A DNA stretch of 64,000 bases from the human T2T-CHM13v2.0 reference genome, Homo sapiens: NCBI RefSeq assembly GCF_009914755.1, contig NC_060928.1; one strand, 5' to 3'. Positions 29,149 to 41,256 of the stretch are shown in pieces. Position 1 is the stretch's first letter, and the number at the start of each line of letters is the position of its first letter. The notes below the pieces were generated by a model. It ran no database searches, was not told the origin of the DNA, and saw only the letters and a list, made by a program, of their open reading frames with translations. Both the position numbers and the translations under genes were made by a program.

Positions 29149-30170
29149 CTTTGTGGTTTTATCTACCTTTGGTCTTTGATGATGGTGACGTACAGATGGG
29201 TTTTTGGTGTGGATGTCCTTTCTGTTTGTTAGTTTTCCTTCTAACAGTCAGGACTGTCAGCTGCAGGTCTATTGGAGCTTACTGGAGGTCCACTGTTTGC
29301 CTGGGTATGAGCAGCGGTGGCTGCAGAACAGTGGATATTGGTGAACCGCAAATGCTGCTGCCTGATCGTTCCTCTGAAAGTTTTGTCTCAGAGGAGTACC
29401 CGGCCGTGTGAGGTGTCAGTCTGCCCCTACTGGGAGGTGCCTCCCAGTTAGGCTACTCGGGGGTCAGGGACCCACTTGAGGAGGCATTCTGCCGGTTCTC
29501 AGATCTCAAGCTGCGTGCTGGGAGAACCACTACTCTCTTCAAAGCTGTCAGACAGGGACATTTAAGACTGCAGAGGTTATTGCTGTCTTTTGTTTGTCTG
29601 TGCCCTGCCCCCAGAGGTGGAGCCTACAGAGGCAGGCAGGCCTCCTTGAGCTGTGGTGGGCTCCTCCCAGTTCGAGCTTCCCTGTCGCTTTGTTTACCTA
29701 CTGAGGCCTGAGCAATGGCGGGCACCCCTCCCCCAGCCTCGCTGCCGCCTTGCAGTTTGATCTCAGTCTGCTGTGCTAGCAATGAGGGAGAGGCTCCGCG
29801 GGCGCAGGACCCTCTGAGCCAGGTGTGGGATATAATCTCCTGGTGTGCCGTTTGTTAAGCCCATTGGAAGAGCACAGTATTAGGGTGGGAGTGACCCGAT
29901 TTTCCAGGTGCTGTCTGTCACCCCTTTCTTTGACTAGGAAAGGAAACTCCCTGACCCCTTGCACTTCCCAGGTGAGGCGATGCCTCGACCTGCTTTGGCT
30001 CATGCACGGTGCACTGCACCCAGTGTCCTGCACCCGCTGTCCGGCATTCCCTCGTGAGATGAACCCGGTACCTCAGTTGGAAATGCAGAAACCACCCATC
30101 TTCTGCATCACTCACGCTGGGAGCTGTAGACTGGAGCTGTTCCTATTTGGCCATCTTGGCTCCACCCCCG

Positions 30171-30604
30171 GCTCTTGATCCACTTTCAAGAGGAAGAGTG
30201 CAGGTCCCCTCCACTTTAACCTGGGTGGGCATTTTTGATGGCCCTGACAAATAGAGCACAGTGCTGTGGAAGTGATGTTATGTGGCACTTAAGGCTAGGC
30301 CATAAAATACAATACATCTGAATCCTGGCTGTCTCCTAGGATGCTGGCCCTTGGAATGCAGCTGCCATATTGCAAGAAAGCTTGGCCACATGAGAATGGC
30401 CACATGGAAAGAAACTGAGGCCCCTCACTGCCAGCTGCCACTCAGCATCTACTTTCTGACTATATGAATGAGCCATCTTGGAGGTGAATCCTTCCCTACT
30501 GAGCTCTAACCAGAGTGCAGATTCATGAGTAAAATGAATGATCAATATTATTTTAAATCAATGATTTGGGATGACTTGTTATGTAGCAATAGATAAGCAG
30601 AACA
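30171..30604 (+). mobile_element. 3' part of the MLT1G/H-like MaLR LTR
   Basis: GGAAGTGATG...GGCTAGGCCATAAA...GGCCACATGGAAAGAAACTGAGGCCCC...TTGTTATGTAGCAATAGATAAGCAGAACA terminus. Confidence 0.75.
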
Positions 30605-31504
30605 GGTGGAGATGAAAGGCTTCTCTGGACAATCTGATTTCAACAGGAATGCATGCTAAATGCTGCAAAGAAAGTAAGTTCAACCAGTTGCAATATGATG
30701 CAAATGAAATTCTGACTCTAGTAAAGGCAAAATCCAGCTACCCTGACTTTCCTATCGCAGAGGATTTGTTTGATGCAGATAATCTTACATACACAGGTAT
30801 TTTTCTTAACTTTCGCTGCCTGCAAAAATGTACATAAATAAGATTGAGTTCTGTGAGCCATTTCCAAGTACCTGGAATGGAGGTCTCCATTTCCCTGCAG
30901 TGCTGAGGCTGCCCAAGGAGCAGCAGCAAACCTTTGCAGAGCACAGCTCTTGCTCATTCCCCATACGTGGAGACTGCACTGCTGAAGTGCTCCTGGGAGA
31001 GTTGGGGGCCTGAGTAGCTTGGGGCTTCTGCCTCTGTGTTGGCCAGGGTCTAGCCCTGCTGACCTCCATTCCTGTGAAACAGCTTGTCATGGCATGTGTC
31101 CAGAATTTCACTGGCTCCCTACAGTTTGCCCCAGAAGGACAGTCTATATCTCCCAAGACTGAGGAGCTCAACAAGTTACTCACAGTGGAGAAGAAAAAGG
31201 GGAGTCTGGAAAAACACGTCACTGCCTTATAAACATGGCTTCCCACAGGCACAGCAAAAGAAGAGCACTCAGCACTCTATGTCTTTCTGACAAGAGCAAA
31301 TCAGTAGTGAAATATGAAATGTTTGTGACTTCTTCTTTGGGGGGCAGTGTATCTATTCTCTTCTATTTAATTCACTTATTCACCCAACAATTAGGCTTTG
31401 TGCCCCAAATGCTTGAGCACTGGCTATGTACAGGCATACAAGGGTATTCAAGGTGGCTCTTTTCAGACATCACAGTGTGGCAGGGATACAAATCCATAAA
31501 AATA

Positions 31505-31740
31505 ATAATAGCAAATACTTACGTAGTACTTACTACGCGCCAGACACTGTTCTGAGTGCTTTATATGCATTCATTGATTTAATTCTCATAATAGCCCCCC
31601 AAAGTAGATGCTATTATCATCCCCGATCTATAGATGATGACACTTAGGCACAAAGATGTGCCCAAGGTCACATAGTTAGTAAACGGTGGAGCTTGGGTTC
31701 TAACCAAGGTAGTGTGACTCCAGATGTGTTACCACTACTT
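31505..31740 (-). mobile_element. MIR SINE
   Basis: CCAGACACTGTTCTGAGTGCTTT...CCCAAGGTCACATAGTTAGTAAACGGTGGAGCT. Confidence 0.8.
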
Positions 31741-34700
31741 TCTGTTGGCTCTTGTAAACAAACACAGTAGAATGAAGTGATTGCTATTAGCATAGCTTAT
31801 AGTAGACGTCATGAGGAAGGAATGCATGAAAAGAGACAGCTGTCTATCATTTATAAAATCTAACTTAAAAAATAAAGATGTTAAATAGGAAAGAGCCTCA
31901 AATCTCCCTTTGTGTCACTCATCCTCCTATGTGACCACTCTGTGAGGTCACATTTTTCCTCTCGATTCCTTGAATTTCTCAGTCTACAAAATACACCCCT
32001 TTATTTCTGTTCTGTTCTCTAGAGAAACAAAGAAGTTGGAAGAAACAGACTTGCACACTGTCAGCGTGGAAAGGAGAAGAGAGCATCAGATTTCTTTGAC
32101 AGAGGTAGAGGCAGGCTTCCTTCCCCTTGTGCACATCAATGCATGGTGGGCGAGGCAAGAGCGAGTGGGCTGCTGCTTCTTTGGGGTTACCTACAGATGA
32201 AATAATGACCAGCTTTGCCTTGCTTAGTAGCTGCTGGAAAGGAGGGTCAGGGCCTCCTTTGAGGGTCACTGGAGTTCAGTGATGGGGCTGCTACCTTGCA
32301 TCCCCTGTGAAACTGAGATAGAAGCTTTTGGCTTAAGGGCAGTAGTTGGAAAGAGGAACCAGTGACTTGAAGCTGTGCTGCATTCTGAATAAGGACTAAA
32401 ACAGGTCCAGCCTAACCACTCTCCCAACTTTTGGTGAGCCTCTGTTGTTTGTAAGGCCTATACAGGTGCCGACCGCTGAGGATGCAGAAAAGAATAAGAC
32501 CCAGATCAGCTTTCTGATTCTCACAGTGATAGCTCTCACATTCTTTTGATAAATAAGAAAACATTTAAATCATGCGTGTGTATCTATGTGCAACTGGGTT
32601 GTGTTATTTTACCTTGCTAGATGCAGTGAACTCTGATCTAATCTGTTCTATTCTTTTTCATTTAAAAACATGCTGATTAAAACCATTAAATTGATATCTT
32701 GACCCACTAATGTGCAGTGAATCAAGTTGTGCAGTTAGAAAAACGCTAGCATGAAGAAAAACATTAGTCTGGAGAAAGGTACCTAATATGTATAGTTACA
32801 AAACAGTGTATGAGTGCAGCTACAAAAGTATGAACAAAATGTATAGAGCCCTGAAGAAGCCACATGGGGCCTGGACAACACTCTCCTGTATTCTTTTCAT
32901 CACCCGCTGTGAGGGCACACACTCCACACCCCACGGGAATAACTGCTGGCTCTCTTTCCCAGCACATCTCTCACCAGCCTCTCAATCTGCCCTCATCCCC
33001 GCACAGTCTATAGACCCTGCTTCCGGGTGTCCCTGAGCCAACATCATCACGAAACCATCTATGAGTTCAGGAACAGGACAGAGATGGATGAGCGGCTCAG
33101 CTAGAGCCTTTCAAGTTCTAGAATTATCCCATTTGTACGGCAGCACCCTGAGCACAGGAAGGATTCCGCATTGATAACTTTATTCACCAGGCTTTGCCTT
33201 TTTGTGTCTTTCTGGCTCAGCACTGGTGGGTCTTCAGTGAGAAGTGGAGGAGGGAGCAGATTCCAGAGGAACAGAGCAGAGCAGCAAGCGACAAGAAAGA
33301 AATGAGCAATAACTGTTGGTAGCTAATACACAATGAAGATGCAATGTGTACACGCAACTCAACTCTAATGCACACATTTATTCTCCTGGGGAGCGCTGCC
33401 AATGAGTCCCAGGGCCAAGTCGCAGAGACACAGATGAGGTAGCAGCAGATGACCTCGAGGGAGTTCACTCACACTGGCTGTCTTGATGACCAGCCCAGGC
33501 ATAGATTTTATTCATGAGCTGGATAGATACTGGAAAGGCAGAGCATTTGTGCTAATGAGTAACCATGAAGGAAACCAGAAAGAATAACATATGAGTATAT
33601 GAATACTTAACTTCCAAGAAAATGCCTGGCAGCCTCCTGGAGCCAAGAAATGTGGTTAAGAGCTAGGCTTTGGAATAAGAGTGACCTTGGGACAAATTCT
33701 GGTGTCACTATTTCCTGTGTGCTCTTAGGAAAACGCCTGAGAACAGAGGAGAGTAAGACCCAATCCCAGCCTTCTGGAGGTTCACATCTACTGCTTAACA
33801 TTTCTGGGCCTCAGTTTCCTCACTGGTAAACAGGGATAATGATAGGACCTACATTCTAAGGCTGTCATGAGGATCAATATCAGAATGAATGGTAAGAACT
33901 TGGCTGAACCGTGATACACACTGATCACAGGTTCTCTGTATAACTTTGGATAGTAAGAGGTGATGGAAAACAACACGAAGAAGGCTGGTAAATGGTTATA
34001 ACCATGTTAGACTCCATCTGCATTTTGCATCCTCCTCTTCTGGAGAGCCTTAAAGCAGAGTGGTAGACATCTTCTCTTGATGGCCTCACCTCTATCTCAA
34101 AGAAGTAGCTCTTTGGGAAATTACAGTCAGTGTCTCAAAGCCCTACTGGGTGTTCCTCTTTAAGTTCATTCCAATTTTGTTCAAACCCCAACACATACGC
34201 CAGAGGTAACTCTTTGCTCTACTGTGTGGAATTGTAGGAGGGTTCAGCCACGGAGAAGGCCCATTTAGAAACCAAACAAAATGGCTCTCCTTTGGGGGCT
34301 GGAGTGGACAGGGCTTTGTTGCCAGCCCACCAGAACTCTCCCCCACCCCCTGTAGATAGATGAGATGCCCTGGCAACTGAGAACTGAGGCCTCACAGCTA
34401 AAGGCTGAGGAATGGATCCTGACAGCTGCTGGGAGAACATAAATTCCTTTTTCTTAAATCCATTACTTGGAAACCTCCCTTTGAGATCAGTCTTAAGCTG
34501 GCAGAGCATTTTGTCACGAGCCCTAACACTGGGGGTTTGAAATGGAGAGAAACACAACAGCCCAGTGCTGCCCAGGACGATTCTAAACATCTTCCTAGGT
34601 GGAACCTGCTTGAGGACAGTGGAGCAGGAAGAGATGTAGAAAACACTCTGCAGAATTTGAAAGGGTCATTAAAAAATAAACTCCAAAATAAACATGATCA

Positions 34701-36334
34701 ACAACAACAACAAGTGACACTCTTGTTTCATCAAACAGTGACAGAAAATGCAGGTGGATATTCCTTACACAACACGACTCTGTTCTATAATATATTCCAT
34801 ATTCTCCTCAGGAAGGATTGTAAAGTCCATTAGTGTATTAAAGGCACTGTGATGTTGGACTGTAAAGAAACAATCAAATTTGTTATTTAAGCCAGTGTTT
34901 CTGGAACATATTTGATCAAAGATCCCTTTGGCTAAGAAACAGTTATTTCTGTGGAACATCTTTGGACAAAGAGCAGAGTTAGGGCCTCCTGTCACCTACA
35001 CTGCAACTCTCCAAGGGCAGGTGGGGTGGAGCCTTCATTTGTACCCTTGGCCAGACCCCCCTGTACAGGGTCTGACTGCACCACAGACACAGCAGCCTGT
35101 CTGGGAGAGGGCATATTGGCATTTGGGCCATCCTCAGACCTTACTAACCAGGCTCTGAAAGTCCACACTTGATATTTTAGTCTCTCTTCAGGGTAAAGCC
35201 ATGCCTGTGAATGAAAGAAAAGAATGCTCAAGTGGAAAAGGTTGGAAACCGTGTCTAGTCTGGAAGTTTCTGTACCAACTAGCCACCATGAAGGGCTACT
35301 CAGGATAGGGAGACACTGGCCAATTCTGGGCCTACTTATACCAACTCAGAAGTCCCTAAACACTTTGGAGAGGCTGATTACACTGCTTTATTAAAAAATA
35401 TAGAAGGAAAATGCACCAACCAGGCACTGCAACAGAAGTTGCTGAAAATTGGGAACAGCAGGAAGGAGACCTGCAGGTCCGCTCCAGCAGGCTTACTGCT
35501 TGGTTTAGAGTCTGATTGTCTGGCGTCTGTCCTCTGGGTTTTGGAGTGGAACAGTTTTCCTGGAATATGCATTTATTGAACTCTGAAAGGCCAGATCTCT
35601 TAGGTAGATTAATTCATGATTTCAAAGATGCTTTGATGCTGGCAAAACATTCTGTTACTTCCAAGAGTTATTACAAGTGAAATCCTGGCATGGACTGAGA
35701 GGTCAGCCTGTAATCTTATTGAAATCTTTTTAGATTTAGAAACTCTACAGTAGGTTAAAAATAGATCACATTTGTGTACTTTTTCCTCCTTTCATCCCCA
35801 CTTCAAGGGTTGTTCAGTTATTTTGACCCACCCCAGATATCAGCCAGATAAATTCTGACACTTGTCGCCTAGGAGTCTGCCAGTCCAAAAGTCATTTCCA
35901 AGTGGGTTTTGAGGTGATGCTAGCCATAGGACTGAGCAGAGCCGCTCATCATCCTACATAATCAGTTCTAGAATTAAGAGCAAAGGGCTGTCACTAAGAC
36001 CGGTGTGTGCTATGTGGATTCATTTTAAGTGAAAACATAGGCTGCAAGGAGGAGAGTTTTCAATAGTGCTGTCCCAGAGAGCTTGTGTCCTCCACCTTAG
36101 ACCACATGTGCTGACCAGAAAAGACCACAGTGCTCAGGTCAGAAGAAGCTGTATGACGCTAACAGGTCAGGCTGCTTATAATCAAAAGATAAAGATTGCC
36201 CTTGATTTTAGAAGAGCCAAAATACCAAATGTTATCTGTATGGTGCTGGCTAGGGTTAACAGGGTGCCAGCATTTTCATGCCCAGCAAAGAGAACATTTC
36301 TACACTCAGGATTACCTCTCCATGGTTACTTTAC

Positions 36335-36469
36335 CTTCATGAACATGCTAAATCCAGTTTTAAGGAGATCAGTGAGGCCTGAAGACATGTGTTCAATATC
36401 AACGGAATCTGGCCTCTCGGGATGAAATATTTCCTCCACAACTTGCTTCAACAATGGCTTATAAGATGC
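36335..36469 (-). CDS. SCFD2: SCFD2 internal coding exon (probably exon 7), 135 nt, phase 0/0
   Basis: Acceptor TATTTTGTCTTTCCAG|GCA, donor AAG|GTAAAG. Encodes ASYKPLLKQVVEEIFHPERPDSVDIEHMSSGLTDLLKTGFSMFMK (45 codons). Confidence 0.94.
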
Positions 36470-36582
36470 CTGGAAAGACAAAATACTATGAGTAAAGGGA
36501 TTGTTTGGTTTGTCTGGAGAGAGGACAGCTTTATCTGCAATGAAGAAAGCAAAGCAAGTTTATTTTGATACTGAGCAATGCC

Positions 36583-36586
<4 letters not shown>

Positions 36587-36621
<35 letters not shown>
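36587..36621. repeat. (TG)17 microsatellite
   Basis: Uninterrupted TG run; reads (CA)n on the SCFD2 strand. Confidence 0.97.
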
Positions 36622-36622
<1 letters not shown>

Positions 36623-37849
36623 ACAGAAAAGACAATATAACAACATTGGGCTTTTAAATAAACTTTCACCCCAATGCTTTAGCATGCTTTTCTGCTTCTC
36701 ATGCTCCCTTCTACAAGCAAATATATCTTACCAGAGCTATAATCATACTATGACTAATTTTTCTATTTAAAGTGACAATTTTATGTATACTGAGAAACAA
36801 AGTACTGTTGTTTGATACAGACATGAAGACATGAAGATGGTCTCCAGTTTTTCCTGAACATTCTTAGCATTATGCTCTCCTCTGCTAGGAACTCCAATGT
36901 TATTTACAATGTGCTGTCAATAACCAAGCTTAAAGCAATCCCTCTTCCTTCTACAGAGCTCAATTCCCAAGTATGACTTGGCCAGGAAAAGAAGCTAAGA
37001 TGACATAAAGGAATCTGACAAAGGTCAGAAAGCAGACTACATGGTATCATAAGAATTTCAGTAGAATTAGGGAGATGTTAGTTTGCAACAACTTCTACAG
37101 TTTGATAAATTCTGCTAAATGCCTTCCTTTTCTGTAACCTGAATAACCCGTCCATGTTTAGGTTATATGGGGAGCCAGCCGCCTTATTGACCCTGCGCTT
37201 TCTGAGCTGTTTTTCACCACCTCTTTCCTTAGTTCTTGCTGCCAAGTTCTTCCCGTTTTCTTTTCTCGCTTGGTGGACCACCTTCCTCCCAATCCTCCAG
37301 TCAGATATGGCACGAAGTCTGGGGCATGAAGGGCAAAGGAGGAAGGAATATCTTCCCTCAATGCACTCTCTGATCTATTATAGCTTCAGTAAAGCCAGTT
37401 TCTAACAGGGCACAGTTGAGGCATATCCTGTATTAAACTCTTTCTCTCTCTGATTGGCCAAATATGTGACTTGTCTGTAGCAACTGTCAAGGATATTTAG
37501 TGTACTGACCTCATTCCTGGCTTCATCTTGCTTTTCTTCCAGTCATTTTTTTTTACTCAAATTTTCCCTTTCCAATTTTCTTGTTTTAAATAGCTTAGAA
37601 ATAAAGCAAGGTATAAACCATTAAAATCATAAATAACCATTCAACAGGAATATAGTTGGCATCTTTCCCAGGGATAAGATGCAGGGAAAACTAGCATCTT
37701 CTCACTTGGGGATACCAACCTTTTTATGCTTATTAGTCAAACAGACCATTGTTTGTCCAGAGATCTCATGGTTACATGATCAGGAAGGGCAAGGCAATGA
37801 ACAGAAACACCGGTCAGACAGAAATATTTTGAAAACTATGGATCCACCT

Positions 37850-38500
37850 TGCTCATAAAGAAATTGCAATTAAAGCTATGCCAAGATGGAATTTTTTTTT
37901 AAATCAGACTATTGACACTCCAAAAGTTTGAAAATACACTCTTTTGATGAGGCCATGGGGTAACAGGCCCTCTTATACATTGCTGGTGGGAGGGTTAATT
38001 GTTACCATCAATGCAGAGAGCAATTCGGTAATACCTATCAATATTACAGATGCATTCAACATAGCAATCACACTCCTAGTCATTTATTCTTTGCATATGC
38101 TCATGTATGCAAATGAGATCCAAAAAGGCTGTTTATTGTTTGTAGTACCAAGATTAGAAACCACCCAAGTGCCATCAGTAGGGAGCTGTTTAATAAATGG
38201 GGTGCATCCACAGGGAGGAATGCCATGAAAGAGAATAAGAAAGCTCTGTGCTTGTGTGGCAGAAACAAGGTACAGAATAGTGTGTGAATGAAAAAAGCAA
38301 GGTGAGGATACTGTGTATGATGGGTTAGCATTTGTGTAAAAAGTGGCAGGGGGAATACGGAAGTTTAAATTGCTGAAATATGCAAAAATAAGCTCCGGTG
38401 TGAAACATAGTAACTATCAGCAGCAATGATTATGGGGTGGCGGACCAAGCAAGGGAGAAAGGTGAGAGGAAGACTTTTCATTGTATTGTTTATTTATTTA
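37850..38500 (+). mobile_element. Ancient L1M (L1ME-like) 3' fragment, boundaries approximate
   Basis: CTCTTATACATTGCTGGTGGGAG..., AGCAATCACACTCCTAG..., ATTGTTTGTAGTACCAAGATTAGAAAC...GTGCCATCAGTAGGG. Confidence 0.65.
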
Positions 38501-38959
38501 TTTATTTACAGCACAGTTTAAAGCACCACTACAAACGGCAAGAATGATCTCAATTGTTAAAAATTAATAAATTATTTATGCATGAAAAAGAGATTGGGGT
38601 AAAGCACACCAAAATGTTATTTAGGGTTATCTCTAGGTTCAGGAAGTAGGAGACATTTATTTTATTTTTCCAGATTTTCCAAAATTAAGAGGTCTACTTC
38701 CAGAATCGTAAGATAATTTAATAAATATTATTTTAAATGTAAAAAAAGGGCCATGGAATCTGAATCCTGCAAATCCTGCAAATACTCTTCCCTGAGTAAA
38801 CTGTTCTGAATGCTCTTCTATCACCTTAGCCTTTCTGGACATTGACTCGCTTAAACTTCAATCTCTTTAAAGCTCCTCCACAAGAAGTCCTTTGGCCAAT
38901 AATCTGATACCTTATCGGCACTATCATCAAATAATAATTGACCTCTTCCTTGGTAATAG

Positions 38960-39390
38960 ACTTCAATCTTCAGCCATGCACATTACCAGCTGGCTAAAAG
39001 ACTACATTCTCCAGCCTTCCTTGCAGCTGACTATAGCCATGTAATTAAGGTTTGGGCAATGAGATGTAAATAGAGTAATGTGAGAATTTCAGAAGTCTCC
39101 TTTTTAAAATGGAAGGATATGCTTTTCTCTTTTCCTCTTCTCTGCTGGCTGGAATGTAGAAGTGAAGCCTGGAGCTCCAGCAGCCATCTTGGAAGACAGG
39201 ACATTCCTTAGAGATGGTGAAGCAGAGAGCTGGAGAAACCTTGGTAAGTGATGACTTATAGAGCCACTATCACCATAACATGGACAGGCTAAATTAGTAC
39301 CTACTTTACATGTCACTATAAAACCTTGTATGTTTAAGCCACTGTTTTTCAGATCTCTGTTACTTGTAACTGAATGAAATTCTGATAGAA
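38960..39390 (+). mobile_element. MaLR LTR (MLT1J-like)
   Basis: GACTACATTCTCCAGCCTTCCTTGCAGCT...GGAGCTCCAGCAGCCATCTTG...GTTTAAGCCACTG...TGTTACTTGTAACTGAA. Confidence 0.75.
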
Positions 39391-39540
39391 AGCATGAAGG
39401 GAACATAAAGATATAAAAGGACATTTCCTCCTTCCAGAAGCTTACAGTTATTTATTTTATTAGTCTATTAAAACTCATTAGCAGAATCACAGAGAAATAC
39501 ACATAGGCTGTCATATTTAAGAGAGAAGAAAATATACCCC

Positions 39541-39914
39541 TGATATGGTTTGGCTGTGTCCCTACCCAAATCTCATCTTGAATTGTAGCTCCCATAATCC
39601 CCACATGCAGCAGGAGGGACCTGGTGGGAGGTAGTTTAGTCATGGGGGCGGTTACACTCATGCTGTTCTCATGACAGTGGGAGAGTTCTTATGAGATCCG
39701 ATGGTTTTACAAGCAGCTTTTCCCCCTTTTGCTCAGCACTTATCCCTGATGCTGCTGTGAAGAAGAGCACGTTTGCTTCCCCTTCTGCCATGATTGTAAG
39801 TTTCCTGAGGCCTCCCAAGCCCTGTGGAACTGTGAGTCAATTAAACCTCTTTTCTTTATAAATTACTCAGTCTCGGGAATGTCTTTATTAGCAGCATGAG
39901 AACGGACTAATGCA
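39541..39914 (+). mobile_element. THE1 solo LTR (THE1D-like)
   Basis: TGATATGGTTTGGCTGTGTCCC...GAACGGACTAATGCA. 5-bp TSD ACCCC at 39536-39540 and 39915-39919. Confidence 0.9.
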
Positions 39915-40625
39915 ACCCCTTAACCCATAAAAAAAAAAAATAGATTGTCATTCTCCATAAGATGTCCTGTACAAAAAGGAAGAGTAGTGATTCTGAAAAA
40001 GAGATCATACACAGCACAAAGGTGGCTCTGTAATTAAGCAAAAACACTATATTCTGTACCTCCTCTGTGCAAGGCACAGTGTATCTGGGGTGATAGGATT
40101 TGTTCTCAGGGGTCCTGTGACCCAGTGTAGACTGGGAGACAGGGGAAAGCAGGAGTTATGGAGGGATTGGGGTAAGTAGGGACACTAGGATCACTCTCAC
40201 TCTTTCCCTTGCTCCACTTTTGACTAAATTTTGGGGAATGAAACATCCAGGAGAAAATGCTCACTGAGCTGGGTTCTCCTTGGGGGTAGTGAGCAGAGAT
40301 TTTAGAAGTGCTGTTTTCTCAACCTCTTCATTCTTGAGACTTTGTGATTGTTCTGTGCTACACTGGGAATGTTGGAAATCTTTTTTGTTTTTTATTTTTT
40401 TAAGGTATGTAGGTGCACATTTATATAGCAGGAGAAAAGAAACTATGATTTAAAATACAGAAAAGTAACAGCAAACACATCACATAATCCAGGAAAAGAA
40501 CATAAATGCTTTTATTAATTGCCTGACCTACCTCTTTGATATTCATTTCTTACATTTTTTGGTTGCATTCTCTCTGATTATCTTTTCATATAACAACAAT
40601 TTTGAAATAACATTTTCTATGAAAA

Positions 40626-40900
40626 TGTGATAGTTATCAAGCTATTGTCTCTCAATTCCAAACCCTCTCTTCTAGACTCAGTTCTGTGATGCTGGGCTGA
40701 GACTCTGAAAACCACTTCTGTGCTTTGCCAGCTAGGTCTGTTAGACTCTGCCGATAGGGGGCACTCGAGGGAGACCAGAAGGCAGGAAGAACAGGCAGGA
40801 ACTTGCTTCTCCTGTTTATTTGCAATTCCTGCCACCATCACCCTGGCGATGGCCTCTCACCACTTGAAGCTGCCCCTCCTCTAGACTTTTAAGTCATAGG
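40626..40900 (+). mobile_element. ERVL LTR fragment (LTR41-like) with CTCF-like motif
   Basis: TGTGATAGTTATCAAGCTATTGTCTCTCAATTCCAAACCC...TGTGATGCTGGGCTGAGACTCTG...CTGCCGATAGGGGGCACTCGAGGGAGAC. Confidence 0.65.
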
Positions 40901-40921
40901 ATTTAATAAATTACCTTTCTT

Positions 40922-41256
40922 TTTTTTTCAAGCTCAAAGTGGCATTTTATTTAGTAAACAATCAGTATGCATAATGCTATAATAGTAACAGAAGCTGAGT
41001 AAGTCTACAAACAAAACAAAACATGACAAATCTTGAACACTGACAAAAACAGGTACAGATATTAACAGAAAAGATGAGATAATGAACATTATAAAAATTT
41101 ATTCTAAAATACATTTATTCCACTAAAACAATGCAGTAGAGGATGAGAGGGACACTCTGGTTTAATATTTTATCTAAAAGCATTAAGATTTTTAAAAAAG
41201 ACATAAAATGGGAAAAAAGGAGAGGGGCAAGAATCAGGGGCTAGAAAGGCAGAAAA
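40922..41256 (-). pseudogene. Candidate retroposed non-Alu fragment (3'UTR-like retrocopy or orphan transduction)
   Basis: Exact 14-bp TSD AAATTACCTTTCTT (40908-40921, 41257-41270), A tail on the minus strand, AATAAA 17 nt before the tail. Confidence 0.65.

Noticed and set aside
29825-30178. 117-aa plus-strand ORF in the L1 5'UTR
   Set aside because: It has a non-ATG start and is the out-of-frame remainder of ORF0 plus 5'UTR sequence.
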